Shown: positions 1 through 9,987 of the stretch, in pieces
Layout: every line of letters starts with the position of its first letter
Position numbering within the stretch: the stretch's first letter is position 1
Assembly: GCA_964553875.1 (NCBI GenBank)
Contig: CAZKNH010000001.1
Location: 62,354-126,353 of the forward strand
Direction: 5' to 3'
DNA: 64,000 bases
DNA from: an uncultured Gammaproteobacteria bacterium
GTDB lineage: Bacteria > Pseudomonadota > Gammaproteobacteria > Steroidobacterales > Rariloculaceae
Made by a program: the position numbers and the translations under genes
Notes under the pieces: generated by a model
The model's database searches: none
What the model was told of the DNA's origin: nothing
The model's input: only the letters and a program-made list of their open reading frames with translations

Positions 1-1
1 G

Positions 2-622
2 AACCTCGTCGGCGGACGACGTTACGAGCCGCTCGAGGAGAACCCGATGCTCGGCTTCCGCGGTGCGTCGCGTTATCTCGACGACTCGTTCAAGCCGTGC
101 TTCGAGCTCGAGTGCCGTGCGCTCAGGCGCGTGCGCGAGGACATGGGGCTCACGAACGTCGCCGTCATGGTGCCGTTCGTGCGCACGGTCGAAGAAGGGC
201 GCCGCGTCGTCGAGCTTCTCGCCGCGAACGGGCTCGAGCGGGGACGCGACGGGTTACGAGTCATCATGATGTGCGAGATCCCGTCGAACGCGCTGCTCGC
301 GGATCGGTTTCTCGAGCACTTCGACGGGATGTCGATCGGCTCGAACGACATGACGCAGCTCACGCTCGGCCTCGACCGCGACTCCGCGAAGGTTGCGGCA
401 TTGTTCGACGAGCGCGACGAAGCGGTGAAGAAGCTGCTCGCGATGGCGATCGAGGCATGCACGCGGCGCGGCAAGTACATCGGCATCTGCGGGCAGGGGC
501 CGTCGGACCACGCGGATTTCGCGGCATGGCTGCTCGAGCAGGGCATCGAAAGCATGTCGTTGAACCCGGATTCCGTGATCGATACCTGGCTCTATCTCGC
601 GGAGCAGATGCCGCGAAAGTAG
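2..622 (+). CDS. ppsA: phosphoenolpyruvate synthase, C-terminal PEP-utilising domain (5' end outside window)
   Basis: The frame is open from base 2. The translation [14 protein letters not shown]...MCEIPSN...[16 protein letters not shown]...GICGQGPSD matches the conserved C-terminal TIM-barrel domain of PpsA-type enzymes. Confidence 0.9.
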   Translation, partial: NLVGGRRYEPLEENPMLGFRGASRYLDDSFKPCFELECRALRRVREDMGLTNVAVMVPFVRTVEEGRRVVELLAANGLERGRDGLRVIMMCEIPSNALLADRFLEHFDGMSIGSNDMTQLTLGLDRDSAKVAALFDERDEAVKKLLAMAIEACTRRGKYIGICGQGPSDHADFAAWLLEQGIESMSLNPDSVIDTWLYLAEQMPRK

Positions 623-875
623 CCGCGCGAGCGGCATGCCCCCTTTGTGCCCCAGTGAAAGATGCTCATCGTCTCTGGGGCATGACGACGTCGCATAGCG
701 GGCGCGCGTCACCGTGCGCTTCGGATCGTCATGTTCGCAGCGAACGCCGTGCAATAACCGCTTCCAGGTTGGAGTAGCGCGGCGCTCGTGCGCGCGGAGG
801 CTGTATTGACCGCTCTCGATGCCAAAGCGATACTCGAAGAAATGACATAACCTCATTCGTCGGGGGGAGACGTAA

Positions 876-3800
876 ATGAGTTGGTCTCACATGCCGGGCA
901 TTCGTAGAACGCTGATGGCCTCGGCTGTCGTGGTCGCCATTGCGGGCATGGCTCAGAAGCCCGCCGTTGCTCAGGATTCTTCCGTCGAGGAGGTTGTCGT
1001 CACCGGCAGCCGAATCGTGCGCCGCGACTACGAGGCGCAAACCCCGATCGTCACGCTCGACGCGCAGGCGTTCGCCGAGCGGACCAACATCGGTCTCGAG
1101 GCGACGCTGAATCAGCTGCCGCAGTTCACGGTCGCGGGCACTCAGTCGCAGGCGAGCCCGGCCGGAACGCCGTTCCCGCAAGCGGCCGCCGCGCCCGGCG
1201 CCGCGACGATCAATCTGCGCGGTCTCGGGTTGAACCGCACGCTCGTGCTGCTGGACGGCCGGCGCGTGCAGCCGATCAACGGCCTGCTCGTCGTCGACCT
1301 GAACTCGATTCCTTCGTCCGCGATCGAGCGGGTCGAGATCATCACCGGCGGCGCGGCCGCGGTCTACGGCGCCGATGCGATCGCGGGCGTCGTGAACTTC
1401 ATCCTGAAGAGAGACTTCGAAGGTTTCGACATCAACGCGCAGTACAGCATTACCGAGGAAGGCGACGGCGCGGAGCGCTCCATCAGCGGCCTCTTCGGCG
1501 CGAACTTCGCGGACGGGCGCGGCAACGTGCTGCTCGGTGCCGACTACAGCCAGCGCGACATCATTTACGGCAAGGATCGCGAGTGGGTCAGGCGCGGGTG
1601 GGACGATCCGGGCACGAACCCCGGCGGTCTCGGCAGCTCGAACCTGTCGCAGTATCAGGTCAATCCGTTCAACGCCCCGACGATCGGCTGGATAGCACCC
1701 GGCCGCAACTACTTCATCGATCAGAACGGTAACGTCTTCGATGCGCAGGATCCGCTGAACCCGGAGCATCCGTACACGGGACCGTTGGGCGGCGAGTCGG
1801 GGTACAAGCTGAATCACGTGACCGGCGCGCTTGGATGGGACGACCGGGAGCACAACTACCTGCAGATTCCGCTCGATCGCTACGCGCTCTTCGGCTCGGG
1901 CCGCTTCCGGCTCGCGGACAACGTCGAGGTGTTCGCCGAGACGCGCTTCTCGGAGACCTTCACGGTCGCGCGAGGCTTCACGTCCGGCGTGTTCAACGTC
2001 TGGTCGCCGACGATCCCGTTCAATCCGGAGTACGACGATCCGAACTCGCCGACGTTCGGCCCGCCGCCGGACGGCTCGCCGTGGCACCCGGTGCCCCCGC
2101 AGCTCGGCGCGCTCCTCGCGTCGCGGCCCGATCCAACCGAGCCGTGGATTTACGTCGGCGGGCTCGATTACCTCGAAAACTTCAGGACCGAGACGACGAG
2201 CAACGTCTATCAGGTCATCGGCGGTCTCAGGGGCGAAGCGACGGTCGGCAGCCGCGAGTGGAACTGGGAAGCGTACGCGTCGCACGGCAAGACGACGGTG
2301 AACGCGCGGCAGCCCGAAGGCTTCCCATATCTGCCGCGGCTCCAGAACCTCTTCAACGCGAACCTGTACGGACGCGATTTCGATATCTCGCAGCTGCCGG
2401 GCTACCAGCCTCTGGCGGTGACGGGTCACTGCACGTCCGGCTTGCCGATCTTCAACGAGGACGGCAGCGTCAATAACACGCCGTTCGTGTCGAAGGACTG
2501 CGCGGACTACGTCGTCCTCAGGATGAACTCGATCACCTCGCTGTCGCAGAACGTCGTCGAGGCGAACGTCACGGGCTCGCTCGCCGACTTGCCCGCCGGC
2601 GAGCTGCTGTTCGCGTTCGGCGGGGCGTACCGCGAGGAGAATTTCTCGTTCCATCCCGATTCGGGCTACAACGCGAATCAGGATTATCCGAACGTCATCC
2701 AGAACATCATTCTGCCGGTCGAGGTCACGGGCAGCACCGACGTGAAGGAGATCTACGCGGAGCTCGCGATTCCGCTGCTGCGCGACAAGAAGTTCGTCCA
2801 GCTGCTCGAGATCAGCCCCGGCATCCGATACTCGGACTACAACACCGTGGGTTCGGTCGAGACGTCGAAGGTGCTGTTCGACTGGCGCGTGAACGATCGG
2901 CTCCGGTTCCGCGGAGGCCGACAGCTCGCCAACCGCGCGCCCAACGTGACGGAGCTCTTCACGCCGCGCGGCGGCAGCGCGCTCGAAGGCAACGCGCAGG
3001 ACGCGTGCGGATACTGGCCGACCGCGACGCAGCCGTGGGGCAACAGGCCGGAGAACCCGAACCGCTACAATCTGCAGGCCCTCTGTCAGTATCTGATGAT
3101 GCGGGACGGCGCACCGCCCGAGCTCTACGAGCCCGGCCAGCCGAGCGCGGACACGTGGGCGTACAACGTCTTCGGCGCGACCAACAACTTCCCGTTCTCG
3201 ATCGGCGTCGTCGAAGGCAATCCGAACCTCCAGTCCGAAGAGGCCGACACGTTCACGCTCGGCTTCGTGCTGAACTTCGAGCCGGTCACGCTTGCCGTCG
3301 ACTGGTACGAGATCGACCTCAAGGACGCGATCGATACGCCGGCCTTCGCGACGATCTACCAGCAGTGCATGGACCCGAGGTTCAACCCGCTGATGGCGTC
3401 GCCGGCCGGCACGTATACCGGTGCGGAGCTTGCCGCGGGCAATCAGTTCTGCCAGTACATCAACCGCGAATACGTCGGCGGTGAGCCGCTCACGCCGGGG
3501 AACTTCGGCGCGGCGCGAACGTTCGATGCGCAGTACACGAATCTCGGCGGACTCAAGTCCGAGGGCTTCGACGTGCAGGTCGATTGGCGGTTCGACGTCG
3601 GCGTCGGTCTGATGAACCTGAACGTCGTCGCGAGCTTCCTCGACACGTACTCGGAGCAGGCGTTCAGCGGTGCTCAGCCGATCGACTACGCCGGCACGCT
3701 GTTCAACTCGTCGTACGACTATCGGACGTTCACGACGCTGCGCTTCGACAAGGGGCCGTGGTCGCTCGGCCTGCGCTGGACGCATTGGCCGTCGATCGAC

Positions 3801-4037
3801 CCGCAGCCCGGCTCGTCGGCCGACGCGTTCGGCACGGAGTCGCACGACCGGTTCGACCTGTTCGGGAACTGGTCGTTCGGCGATCGATACCGGCTCCGCT
3901 TCGGCATCGACAATCTGCTCGACGAAGATCCCGCGGTCGTCGGCAGGACGCGGACGAACAACGCGCTGAACTCGACGAACACGAACTACGATCCGTTCGG
4001 GCGTCGATACTTCGTCGGCCTGTCGGTGTCGATGTGA
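876..4037 (+). CDS. TonB-dependent receptor (about 1050 aa)
   Basis: GGAGA Shine-Dalgarno 6 nt upstream of the ATG. Signal peptide ending AVAQ. Plug motifs VVVTGSRI, INLRGLG and DGRRV...IERVEIITGGAAAVYGADAIAGVVNFI, followed by a long beta-barrel region. Confidence 0.9.
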   Translation: MSWSHMPGIRRTLMASAVVVAIAGMAQKPAVAQDSSVEEVVVTGSRIVRRDYEAQTPIVTLDAQAFAERTNIGLEATLNQLPQFTVAGTQSQASPAGTPFPQAAAAPGAATINLRGLGLNRTLVLLDGRRVQPINGLLVVDLNSIPSSAIERVEIITGGAAAVYGADAIAGVVNFILKRDFEGFDINAQYSITEEGDGAERSISGLFGANFADGRGNVLLGADYSQRDIIYGKDREWVRRGWDDPGTNPGGLGSSNLSQYQVNPFNAPTIGWIAPGRNYFIDQNGNVFDAQDPLNPEHPYTGPLGGESGYKLNHVTGALGWDDREHNYLQIPLDRYALFGSGRFRLADNVEVFAETRFSETFTVARGFTSGVFNVWSPTIPFNPEYDDPNSPTFGPPPDGSPWHPVPPQLGALLASRPDPTEPWIYVGGLDYLENFRTETTSNVYQVIGGLRGEATVGSREWNWEAYASHGKTTVNARQPEGFPYLPRLQNLFNANLYGRDFDISQLPGYQPLAVTGHCTSGLPIFNEDGSVNNTPFVSKDCADYVVLRMNSITSLSQNVVEANVTGSLADLPAGELLFAFGGAYREENFSFHPDSGYNANQDYPNVIQNIILPVEVTGSTDVKEIYAELAIPLLRDKKFVQLLEISPGIRYSDYNTVGSVETSKVLFDWRVNDRLRFRGGRQLANRAPNVTELFTPRGGSALEGNAQDACGYWPTATQPWGNRPENPNRYNLQALCQYLMMRDGAPPELYEPGQPSADTWAYNVFGATNNFPFSIGVVEGNPNLQSEEADTFTLGFVLNFEPVTLAVDWYEIDLKDAIDTPAFATIYQQCMDPRFNPLMASPAGTYTGAELAAGNQFCQYINREYVGGEPLTPGNFGAARTFDAQYTNLGGLKSEGFDVQVDWRFDVGVGLMNLNVVASFLDTYSEQAFSGAQPIDYAGTLFNSSYDYRTFTTLRFDKGPWSLGLRWTHWPSIDPQPGSSADAFGTESHDRFDLFGNWSFGDRYRLRFGIDNLLDEDPAVVGRTRTNNALNSTNTNYDPFGRRYFVGLSVSM

Positions 4038-4042
4038 AATTC

Positions 4043-4087
4043 GTGTCAGACACCTTTTTCGGCGAAGCCGAAATAGGTGTCTGACAC
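4043..4087. terminator. long nested inverted repeat between convergent genes (terminator-like, REP-related)
   Basis: GTGTCAGACACCT-t-TTTCGGC-gaa-GCCGAAA-t-AGGTGTCTGACAC gives 13+7 bp of pairing. It lies 5 nt after the receptor stop and 9 nt before the stop of the minus-strand gene. No U-tract follows. Confidence 0.45.
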
Positions 4088-4096
4088 ATGGGACGC

Positions 4097-4990
4097 TCAG
4101 TAGACCGTGAGGATGTCGTAACCCACCGCAATGCTGATCAGCGGATTGCGGCCCGGGCTCGGATAGATCTCCTGCGCGACGAACCCGTCGTAGCCCATCG
4201 CGACCATCTCGCGTGCAATGAAGCGGTAATCGAGCTCGCCCTGGTCGATCTCGCCGCGCGACGGCACGCCCGCGACGTGGACATGGCAAATCATGTCGAG
4301 GTTGTCGCGCATCGTGCGCACGACGTCGCCGTTCGCGATCTGCACGTGATAGAAATCGTAGACGATCTTCACATTCGGCGAGCCGACGCGGCGGCAGACG
4401 TCGAAGCCCCAGTTGATGTCGTCGAAGACCTGATCGGTTCGGTTGTCCGACTCGACCTTCGAGTTCGTGATCTCCATGCAGAGGATCACGCCCTTCTCCT
4501 CGGCATACGGCGCGACACGCGACAGGATCTCGACGGCGTTGTCCGCGCCTTCTTCGCGTGACATGCCGCGCCGCTCTCCGGGCAGCGCGATCAGGTTCGG
4601 GCAGCCGACCTCGGCGCACATGTCGATACCGGCTCGCGTCGCTTCCTCGATCCGGTCGTGCAGCTCTCGGCGGATCAGGCCGTCCTGGAACGTCGTGCCG
4701 GTGCCGGTCATCATGGCGGGCGTGAGCCCGTACTCCTGAAGCACCGGGATCTCGTCAGGCTGCGGCAGATCCATCCCCGCGAACCCGAGCGCCGCGAGCA
4801 CCTCGCAGCGCTCGCGAATATCGAGGCGCAGATCGCCCCAGACCTGCGGCATCACGCTTTGCTTGAGCTTCCCCTGGCGTATACCAGGCTCGAGCGCGCG
4901 TGCCGCCTGCGACGCGAGCAGCGGCGACGCCGCGAGCACGGAGAGAAGCTCCCGCCGGCTGAATGGTCTTTTCCTTATCAGGATGTGCAT
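4097..4990 (-). CDS. xylose-isomerase-like TIM-barrel protein (sugar phosphate isomerase/epimerase family) with Tat-type signal
   Basis: Start trimmed to MHILIRKRPFSRRELL (twin-arginine motif), with a GAGGGGAAG Shine-Dalgarno upstream. Body motifs GFAGMDL, LCMEITN and HVHVAG are typical of the AP-endonuclease-2/xylose-isomerase-like fold. Confidence 0.8.
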   Translation of the reverse strand: MHILIRKRPFSRRELLSVLAASPLLASQAARALEPGIRQGKLKQSVMPQVWGDLRLDIRERCEVLAALGFAGMDLPQPDEIPVLQEYGLTPAMMTGTGTTFQDGLIRRELHDRIEEATRAGIDMCAEVGCPNLIALPGERRGMSREEGADNAVEILSRVAPYAEEKGVILCMEITNSKVESDNRTDQVFDDINWGFDVCRRVGSPNVKIVYDFYHVQIANGDVVRTMRDNLDMICHVHVAGVPSRGEIDQGELDYRFIAREMVAMGYDGFVAQEIYPSPGRNPLISIAVGYDILTVY

Positions 4991-5225
4991 CGTTCTTCCC
5001 CTCGACGAGCGCACTGCATCACGGGCCCGGGTCGAGCGTACAGCAGTCGCCGGGCGCCGGAAAGGAGGAGCCGATGGCGGCAGCGGGATGCGCCGCGCGC
5101 CCGGAGCCCCGCCTTGCGGTTGCGCATGCGACGTAACGCCGATCTAATTGGCGGTCGACAAGATCGATAACAAAAGCCCGGAGAGGGCTTGCGAAGTCCG
5201 TCAAGCCATATCGGAAAGATTTGCA

Positions 5226-6401
5226 ATGAAGATACGTGTCTCGCTCGCGGCCGTCGCCGCGGTCTTTCTCGCTCCTGCGCCGCTTCTCGCTCAGATCGGC
5301 GTGCCCGCGCGGCCGCTGCCCGACGAGCCTTTCATCATCGAGACGGCTGAGCAGCCGCAGGTGCGCGTCACCGTGATGAAGGGCCTCGAGCTCCCTTGGG
5401 ATCTCGCGTTCCTGCCGAACGGCGACATCCTCGTGACGGAGCGATCGCGGGGGCAGCTCCGCATCGTGCGCGACGGTGTGCTCGATCCACAGCCGATCAC
5501 CGGGCTTCCCGATATCTATACGGGAGGCGGCGGCGGGCTCATGTCGGTCGCCGTCCATCCGCGTTTCGAAGAGAACGGCTGGGTGTACGTGACCTACACG
5601 AAGGCCGCGGCGCGCGGCCGGCGCGCCGTGGGTCTTGCGCGCGGCCGCCTCGACGGGATGACGTTGAAGGACGTCAGCGAGATCTTCGCGGCCGACGAGC
5701 CGGGCGGCGGCCCGCCTCCGGGCTTGCCGCTCCTCTTCGGGCCCGACGGCTTCCTCTACATGGGCATCGGCGGGGCGAACGACGAGATCGCGCAGCGCGG
5801 TGATTCGTACTACGGCAAGGTGCTGCGGCTCCGCGACGACGGGAGCCCCGCGGAGAACCCGTTCGCGAACGTTCCGGGCTTCAAGCCCGAGATCTACACC
5901 GTCGGTCACCGCAATATGATCGGCATGACCGTCCATCCGACGACCGGCGAGATCTGGCAGAACGAGAACGGTCCGCTCGGCGGGGACGAAGTGAATATCC
6001 TGAAGCCGGGCGCGAACTACGGCTGGCCGCTCGTGAGCTACGGACGCGATTACAGCGGCGCGCCCGTCTCGAAGCTGCGGACGATGGTCGGCGTCGAGGA
6101 TCCGGTGCTCTTCTGGAATCCGTCGATCGCGATCTCCGGCATGACGTTCTATACGGGCGACGCGTTCCCCGCGTGGCGGAACAATCTCTTCGTAGGGGGG
6201 CTCCAGCTCGGGCGCATCCCGCGGACCGGACAGATGCATCGCGTCGTGTTCAACGATCAGTGGCAGGAGATCCGTCGCGAGGCGATTTTCGTCGAGCTGC
6301 GGCAGCGGATTCGCGACGTCGAGCAGGGGCCCGACGGCTTGCTGTACGTGCTGACGGACGAGCAGGACGGCGCGCTGCTCAAGCTCGAGCCCGTCGAATA
6401 G
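5226..6401 (+). CDS. PQQ-dependent soluble sugar (aldose/sorbosone) dehydrogenase
   Basis: Start trimmed to the signal peptide MKIRVSLAAVAAVFLAPAPLLAQ. Motifs PWDLAFLPNGDILVTER, GLMSVAVHP and HRNMIGMTVHPTTGEIWQNENGPLGGDEVNILKPGANYGWP are present. Confidence 0.85.
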   Translation: MKIRVSLAAVAAVFLAPAPLLAQIGVPARPLPDEPFIIETAEQPQVRVTVMKGLELPWDLAFLPNGDILVTERSRGQLRIVRDGVLDPQPITGLPDIYTGGGGGLMSVAVHPRFEENGWVYVTYTKAAARGRRAVGLARGRLDGMTLKDVSEIFAADEPGGGPPPGLPLLFGPDGFLYMGIGGANDEIAQRGDSYYGKVLRLRDDGSPAENPFANVPGFKPEIYTVGHRNMIGMTVHPTTGEIWQNENGPLGGDEVNILKPGANYGWPLVSYGRDYSGAPVSKLRTMVGVEDPVLFWNPSIAISGMTFYTGDAFPAWRNNLFVGGLQLGRIPRTGQMHRVVFNDQWQEIRREAIFVELRQRIRDVEQGPDGLLYVLTDEQDGALLKLEPVE

Positions 6402-6438
6402 GCTTCGAACCGCGACGACATCGTACGGGAGCACTCGA

Positions 6439-6834
6439 ATGGACATGAAAGCGATCAATCCGTGGCGCTGGCAGGACCCGCTGCATTTCGCACAAGGCGT
6501 CGAGACGCGCGGCGAAGAGCGCGTGCTCTACTGCGCCGGTCAGACGTCCGTCGACGCGGAAGGCAGGCCGCTTCATCCTGGCGACATGGCGAAACAGCTC
6601 GAGCGCGCGTTCGACAATCTCGAGACGGTGTTGTCGCAGGCAGGCCTCACGCTCGCGAACGTCGTGCGGCTCAACTACTACGTGACCGACATGGAGGCGT
6701 TCGCCAATGCGCGCGACGTCATCGCGGCGCGGCTAGGGCCGCTCGCCGTCAAGCCGTGCGGATGCCTGCTCGGCGTCGCGCGCCTCTCGCGGCCGGAGCT
6801 CCTCGTGGAGATCGAAGCGACCGCCGTCGGTTGA
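6439..6834 (+). CDS. RidA/YjgF family protein
   Basis: 131 aa. The pattern ...GQTSVDAEG...GDMAKQLERAFDNLETVLSQAGLTLANVVRLNYYV...EIEATAV is the typical YjgF/RidA pattern. Confidence 0.8.
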   Translation: MDMKAINPWRWQDPLHFAQGVETRGEERVLYCAGQTSVDAEGRPLHPGDMAKQLERAFDNLETVLSQAGLTLANVVRLNYYVTDMEAFANARDVIAARLGPLAVKPCGCLLGVARLSRPELLVEIEATAVG

Positions 6835-7085
6835 CGCGTGCAGTACGCGGCTCAACGCTGTCGAGCGAGAGGCCAATACACTTCGGTCGGTCGAACGGCA
6901 TCACGACGTAGGCTAATCTCGGACGAGCGACGCGGCACGAGCAAGAATCGTCAATATCGGGGATCGCCCCGTGCGTCGTTCTCGTGCGCCGGTTTGACAG
7001 GGTCGGCACCACGGCTTAAATACCGGAAGCACGGGTGAACGTGCGCGTGCGCGAGACGCGTGCTCGCTCGATTCGAGGGCTCCGA

Positions 7086-7718
7086 ATGACGAGAAGAGTG
7101 TCCGCCGTCCTGGCCTCGCTCTCGCTAGCAGCAATGTCCGCCTACGCGGACGTGAAGCTCAGGATCGACTTCATTCCGGGCACGCCCGCGCACGGCTATG
7201 CCGCGCGGACGTACGAGTCGATCTGGAACGAGCACGGCGAACGGATCGTCGCCGCGCTCGAGGCCCGCACGTGCATGCCGCTCGCCGAGGAGCACGTCGC
7301 GGCCGTCGTCGAGGATGCGACGAGCCATTCGGGCGGGCCGAATCATCCGATGCGGCTCCGTGCGAGCTATCCGCTCGCGCTCAAGCAGTCGACGCTCGTG
7401 CACGAGCTCGGACATCGCCACTTATGGCAGCTCGCGGAGCGGTTCGATTACCTCGACGGGCACAAGACGCTCTACCTGATCCTCGATCGCGTCTGGGCCG
7501 ACGTCTGGGGGGAGGAATTCGCCGCCGCGCAGATCCAGCGCGAATCCTCGTGGCTCGCGGACTACGACTACGCGGCCGCCTGGAGATGGGCGCTCAACCT
7601 CGTGCCCGCCGAGCGCGCGAGACTATGGAATCGGCTCCGGTGGATGAATGGATTCACGGGCGATTGCGCCGGTCCGCTCGACGACCCGACGCAAAGCTTG
7701 TCGGCGGACGCCTCTTAG
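7086..7718 (+). CDS. secreted hypothetical protein with HExxH motif
   Basis: Signal-like N-terminus MTRRVSAVLASLSLAAMSAYA and a single LVHELGHRHLW motif. GC3-rich frame. I do not recognise a family. Confidence 0.5.
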   Translation: MTRRVSAVLASLSLAAMSAYADVKLRIDFIPGTPAHGYAARTYESIWNEHGERIVAALEARTCMPLAEEHVAAVVEDATSHSGGPNHPMRLRASYPLALKQSTLVHELGHRHLWQLAERFDYLDGHKTLYLILDRVWADVWGEEFAAAQIQRESSWLADYDYAAAWRWALNLVPAERARLWNRLRWMNGFTGDCAGPLDDPTQSLSADAS

Positions 7719-9043
7719 TCGTGGTCGAGCGTGCGGCCGCGATCGCGCAGCAGCGCGACGCAGCCCAGGCTCACGAGCGCCGTGAACGCGACGTACGCGG
7801 CGACCGCCGTCGACGTGCCGAAGAGCTGGAACAGCGTCAACGCGACGATCGGCGCAGGGCCGCCCGCCGTGATCGACGCGAGCTGATAGCCGAGCGACGC
7901 GCCGCTGTAGCGTAGCCGCCCGGGGAACTGCTCCGCGATGTACGCCGCCTGCGGGCCGTACTGCAGGTCGTGCAGCGGGAGCCCCAGCACGATCGCGAGC
8001 CCGATGAGCCAGACGACGCCGCTGTCGAGCATCCCGAAGTAGATGAACGGGAAGATCATCATCACGAGACACCCGATCGCCGTGATTCGCGGCCGGCCGA
8101 TGATGTCCGACAGATGCCCGAAAAGCGGGATCACGAGCATCGAGACGATCGCCTGCAGCATCACGAGGTTCAGCACGAATGCCCGCTCGAAGCCGAGCTG
8201 CTGCGTCGCGTACGTCAGCACGTACGTCGTGAAGATGTAGAACGGCGTCTGCTGCCCGGTGCGGAGGAGCGCCGTCAGCACCACCTCTTTCCAGTGATGA
8301 CGCAGCACGGCCGCGACCGGCAGTGATTCGACGCGGCGCTGCTCGCGCACTTTCGCGAACACGGGCGTCTCGAGCACGCCGAGCCGGATATAGAGGCCGA
8401 GGAACACGAGCACGACGCTCGCGAGGAACGGGACGCGCCATCCCCACTCGAGGAAGGCCTCCTCGGTCGTCGTCAGCGCCATCACGGCAAGCGCGCCGTT
8501 CGCGAGCACCATGCCCGCCGGCGCGCCGAACTGCGCGAAGCTCGTCGTGAAGCCGCGGCGCTTCGGATCCGTCCATTCGCCCGCCATCAGCACCGCGCCG
8601 CCCCATTCGCCTCCGACGCCGATGCCTTGCATGATCCGGAACACGGTGAGCAGCACCGCGCCCCAGATGCCGATCTGCTCGTAGTCGGGCACTAGACCGA
8701 TGCCCATCGTCGCGACGCCCATCAGCACGAGCGTCGAGATCAGCGCCGCCTTGCGGCCGATGCGGTCGCCGAAATGACCGAAGAACGCCGCGCCGAACGG
8801 GCGGGCGACGAAGCCGACGAAGTAGGTCGCGAACGCGGCGAGCGTGCCGACGAACGGATCGGATTCGGGGAAAAACTTCTGCGGGAAGACGAGCGCCGCC
8901 GCGACGCCGTAGAGGAAGAAGTCGTACCACTCGATCGTCGTGCCGCTGGCCGATGCGGCCACGGCGCGGATCCGCATCCGCCGCTTGCTCTTTTCGTCGA
9001 GCGCGTCCGGAGCCTCGACGGCCGTCGTATCGGCCGCTACCAC
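7715..9043 (-). CDS. MFS transporter, metabolite:H+ symporter (MHS) family
   Basis: The N-terminal signature AASASGTTIEWYDFFLYG and 12 hydrophobic segments are present. Start placed at the GTG at 9043, which has GGAGAG 6 nt upstream. The ATG at 8977 is an alternative. Confidence 0.85.
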   Translation of the reverse strand: MVAADTTAVEAPDALDEKSKRRMRIRAVAASASGTTIEWYDFFLYGVAAALVFPQKFFPESDPFVGTLAAFATYFVGFVARPFGAAFFGHFGDRIGRKAALISTLVLMGVATMGIGLVPDYEQIGIWGAVLLTVFRIMQGIGVGGEWGGAVLMAGEWTDPKRRGFTTSFAQFGAPAGMVLANGALAVMALTTTEEAFLEWGWRVPFLASVVLVFLGLYIRLGVLETPVFAKVREQRRVESLPVAAVLRHHWKEVVLTALLRTGQQTPFYIFTTYVLTYATQQLGFERAFVLNLVMLQAIVSMLVIPLFGHLSDIIGRPRITAIGCLVMMIFPFIYFGMLDSGVVWLIGLAIVLGLPLHDLQYGPQAAYIAEQFPGRLRYSGASLGYQLASITAGGPAPIVALTLFQLFGTSTAVAAYVAFTALVSLGCVALLRDRGRTLDHD

Positions 9044-9371
9044 GGACGCTCTCCGGCCCCCGTCAAGGCAGACGGCACCCGACCGCATCGCCGTCGGTTG
9101 CGCGTCACAGGCTCGGCTCGCGTGGGCATCGTGGTTCGTTTCGCGGTGAACGCGGGCATGTTAACGGATTCGAGCCGCGCTGCAACCGTTGGGATTGTCC
9201 GACCAGCGCTCAAGTCCCGAATGTCGGGTTCGCGCGATCCCGGACGGCGTCACGGCATGCGTTGCGAGCGTGAGGCCCGTCACGGTCCTCCGCGCCGAAT
9301 GGAACTCAAATGGCGCTCGTCCGTGTTTCGCGGTCGGGATCGAAGAAATGGCCGAGGAGGGCCGAAACGCC

Positions 9372-9941
9372 ATGCCGGTAACCAAGCCCGCTCGTATCGT
9401 CGCACTCGCGCTGATTGCCGCCGGGGCGGTCTCGGCGCTCGCCGATCCGCCGCCGCACGCACCCGCGCACGGCTGGCGGAAGAAGCACGACCCGTACTAC
9501 GTAGGCTACTCGGGCGTCCGCTACGAGAAGGACTTCGGCATCGTATCGGGACGCTGCAATCGCGAAGAGATCGCGACGGTCGTCGGAGGCGCGGTCGGCG
9601 GCTATCTCGGCTCGCGTATCGCGACGGAGCATCCGGTCGTCGGCACGGTCATCGGCGCGGCGGCCGGCGCGGTCGTCGGCAAGCGGATCGGCCGAGAGCT
9701 CGACGAGCGGGATCGTCACTGCTTCGGGCACGCGCTCGATATCGGCGAGGCCGGCAGGCCCGTCGTCTGGATGAACGAATCGACCGGCGTGCGGTACGAG
9801 CTCGTGCCGGGCGCGAGCCGCACGCGCAACGGTGCCGCGTGCCGCGAGTTCAGAATGACGGCGCTCGACGGCCGTGCACGCTCGTCGCGATCCGGTCTCG
9901 CGTGTCGGGTGCAGCCCGGCGTCTGGGAGATCGCAAGCTGA
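9372..9941 (+). CDS. glycine-zipper surface-antigen-like protein (COG4520-type)
   Basis: Signal or anchor MPVTKPARIVALALIAAGAVSALA. Glycine zipper GGAVGGYLG...GTVIGAAAGAVVG. C-terminal W.N..TG....V......G..CREF....... pattern. The start could instead be the ATG at 9348. Confidence 0.55.
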   Translation: MPVTKPARIVALALIAAGAVSALADPPPHAPAHGWRKKHDPYYVGYSGVRYEKDFGIVSGRCNREEIATVVGGAVGGYLGSRIATEHPVVGTVIGAAAGAVVGKRIGRELDERDRHCFGHALDIGEAGRPVVWMNESTGVRYELVPGASRTRNGAACREFRMTALDGRARSSRSGLACRVQPGVWEIAS

Positions 9942-9987
9942 CGACGGGGCTCGCTTCGCGGCGGCTTCGATCGGCCGCCGCGAAGCG

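Noticed and set aside
623-875. A riboswitch (cobalamin or TPP) in the 254 nt leader of the first TonB receptor.
   Set aside because: Only a generic hairpin is present (TGCCCCAG-19 nt-CTGGGGCA). I see no B12-box-like or CUGAGA/TPP-like conserved segments.
729-4619. Very long antisense or alternate-frame ORFs. Examples are 729-4619 minus (1296 aa), 13277-14740 minus, 22437-24032 minus, 28618-30813 plus, 38334-39788 minus, 39935-41629 minus and 53892-56471 minus.
   Set aside because: Their translations are Arg/Ala/Pro/Gly-rich low-complexity strings with no recognisable motifs. They lie opposite genes with clear family signatures. Stop-poor alternate frames are expected in DNA this GC-rich.
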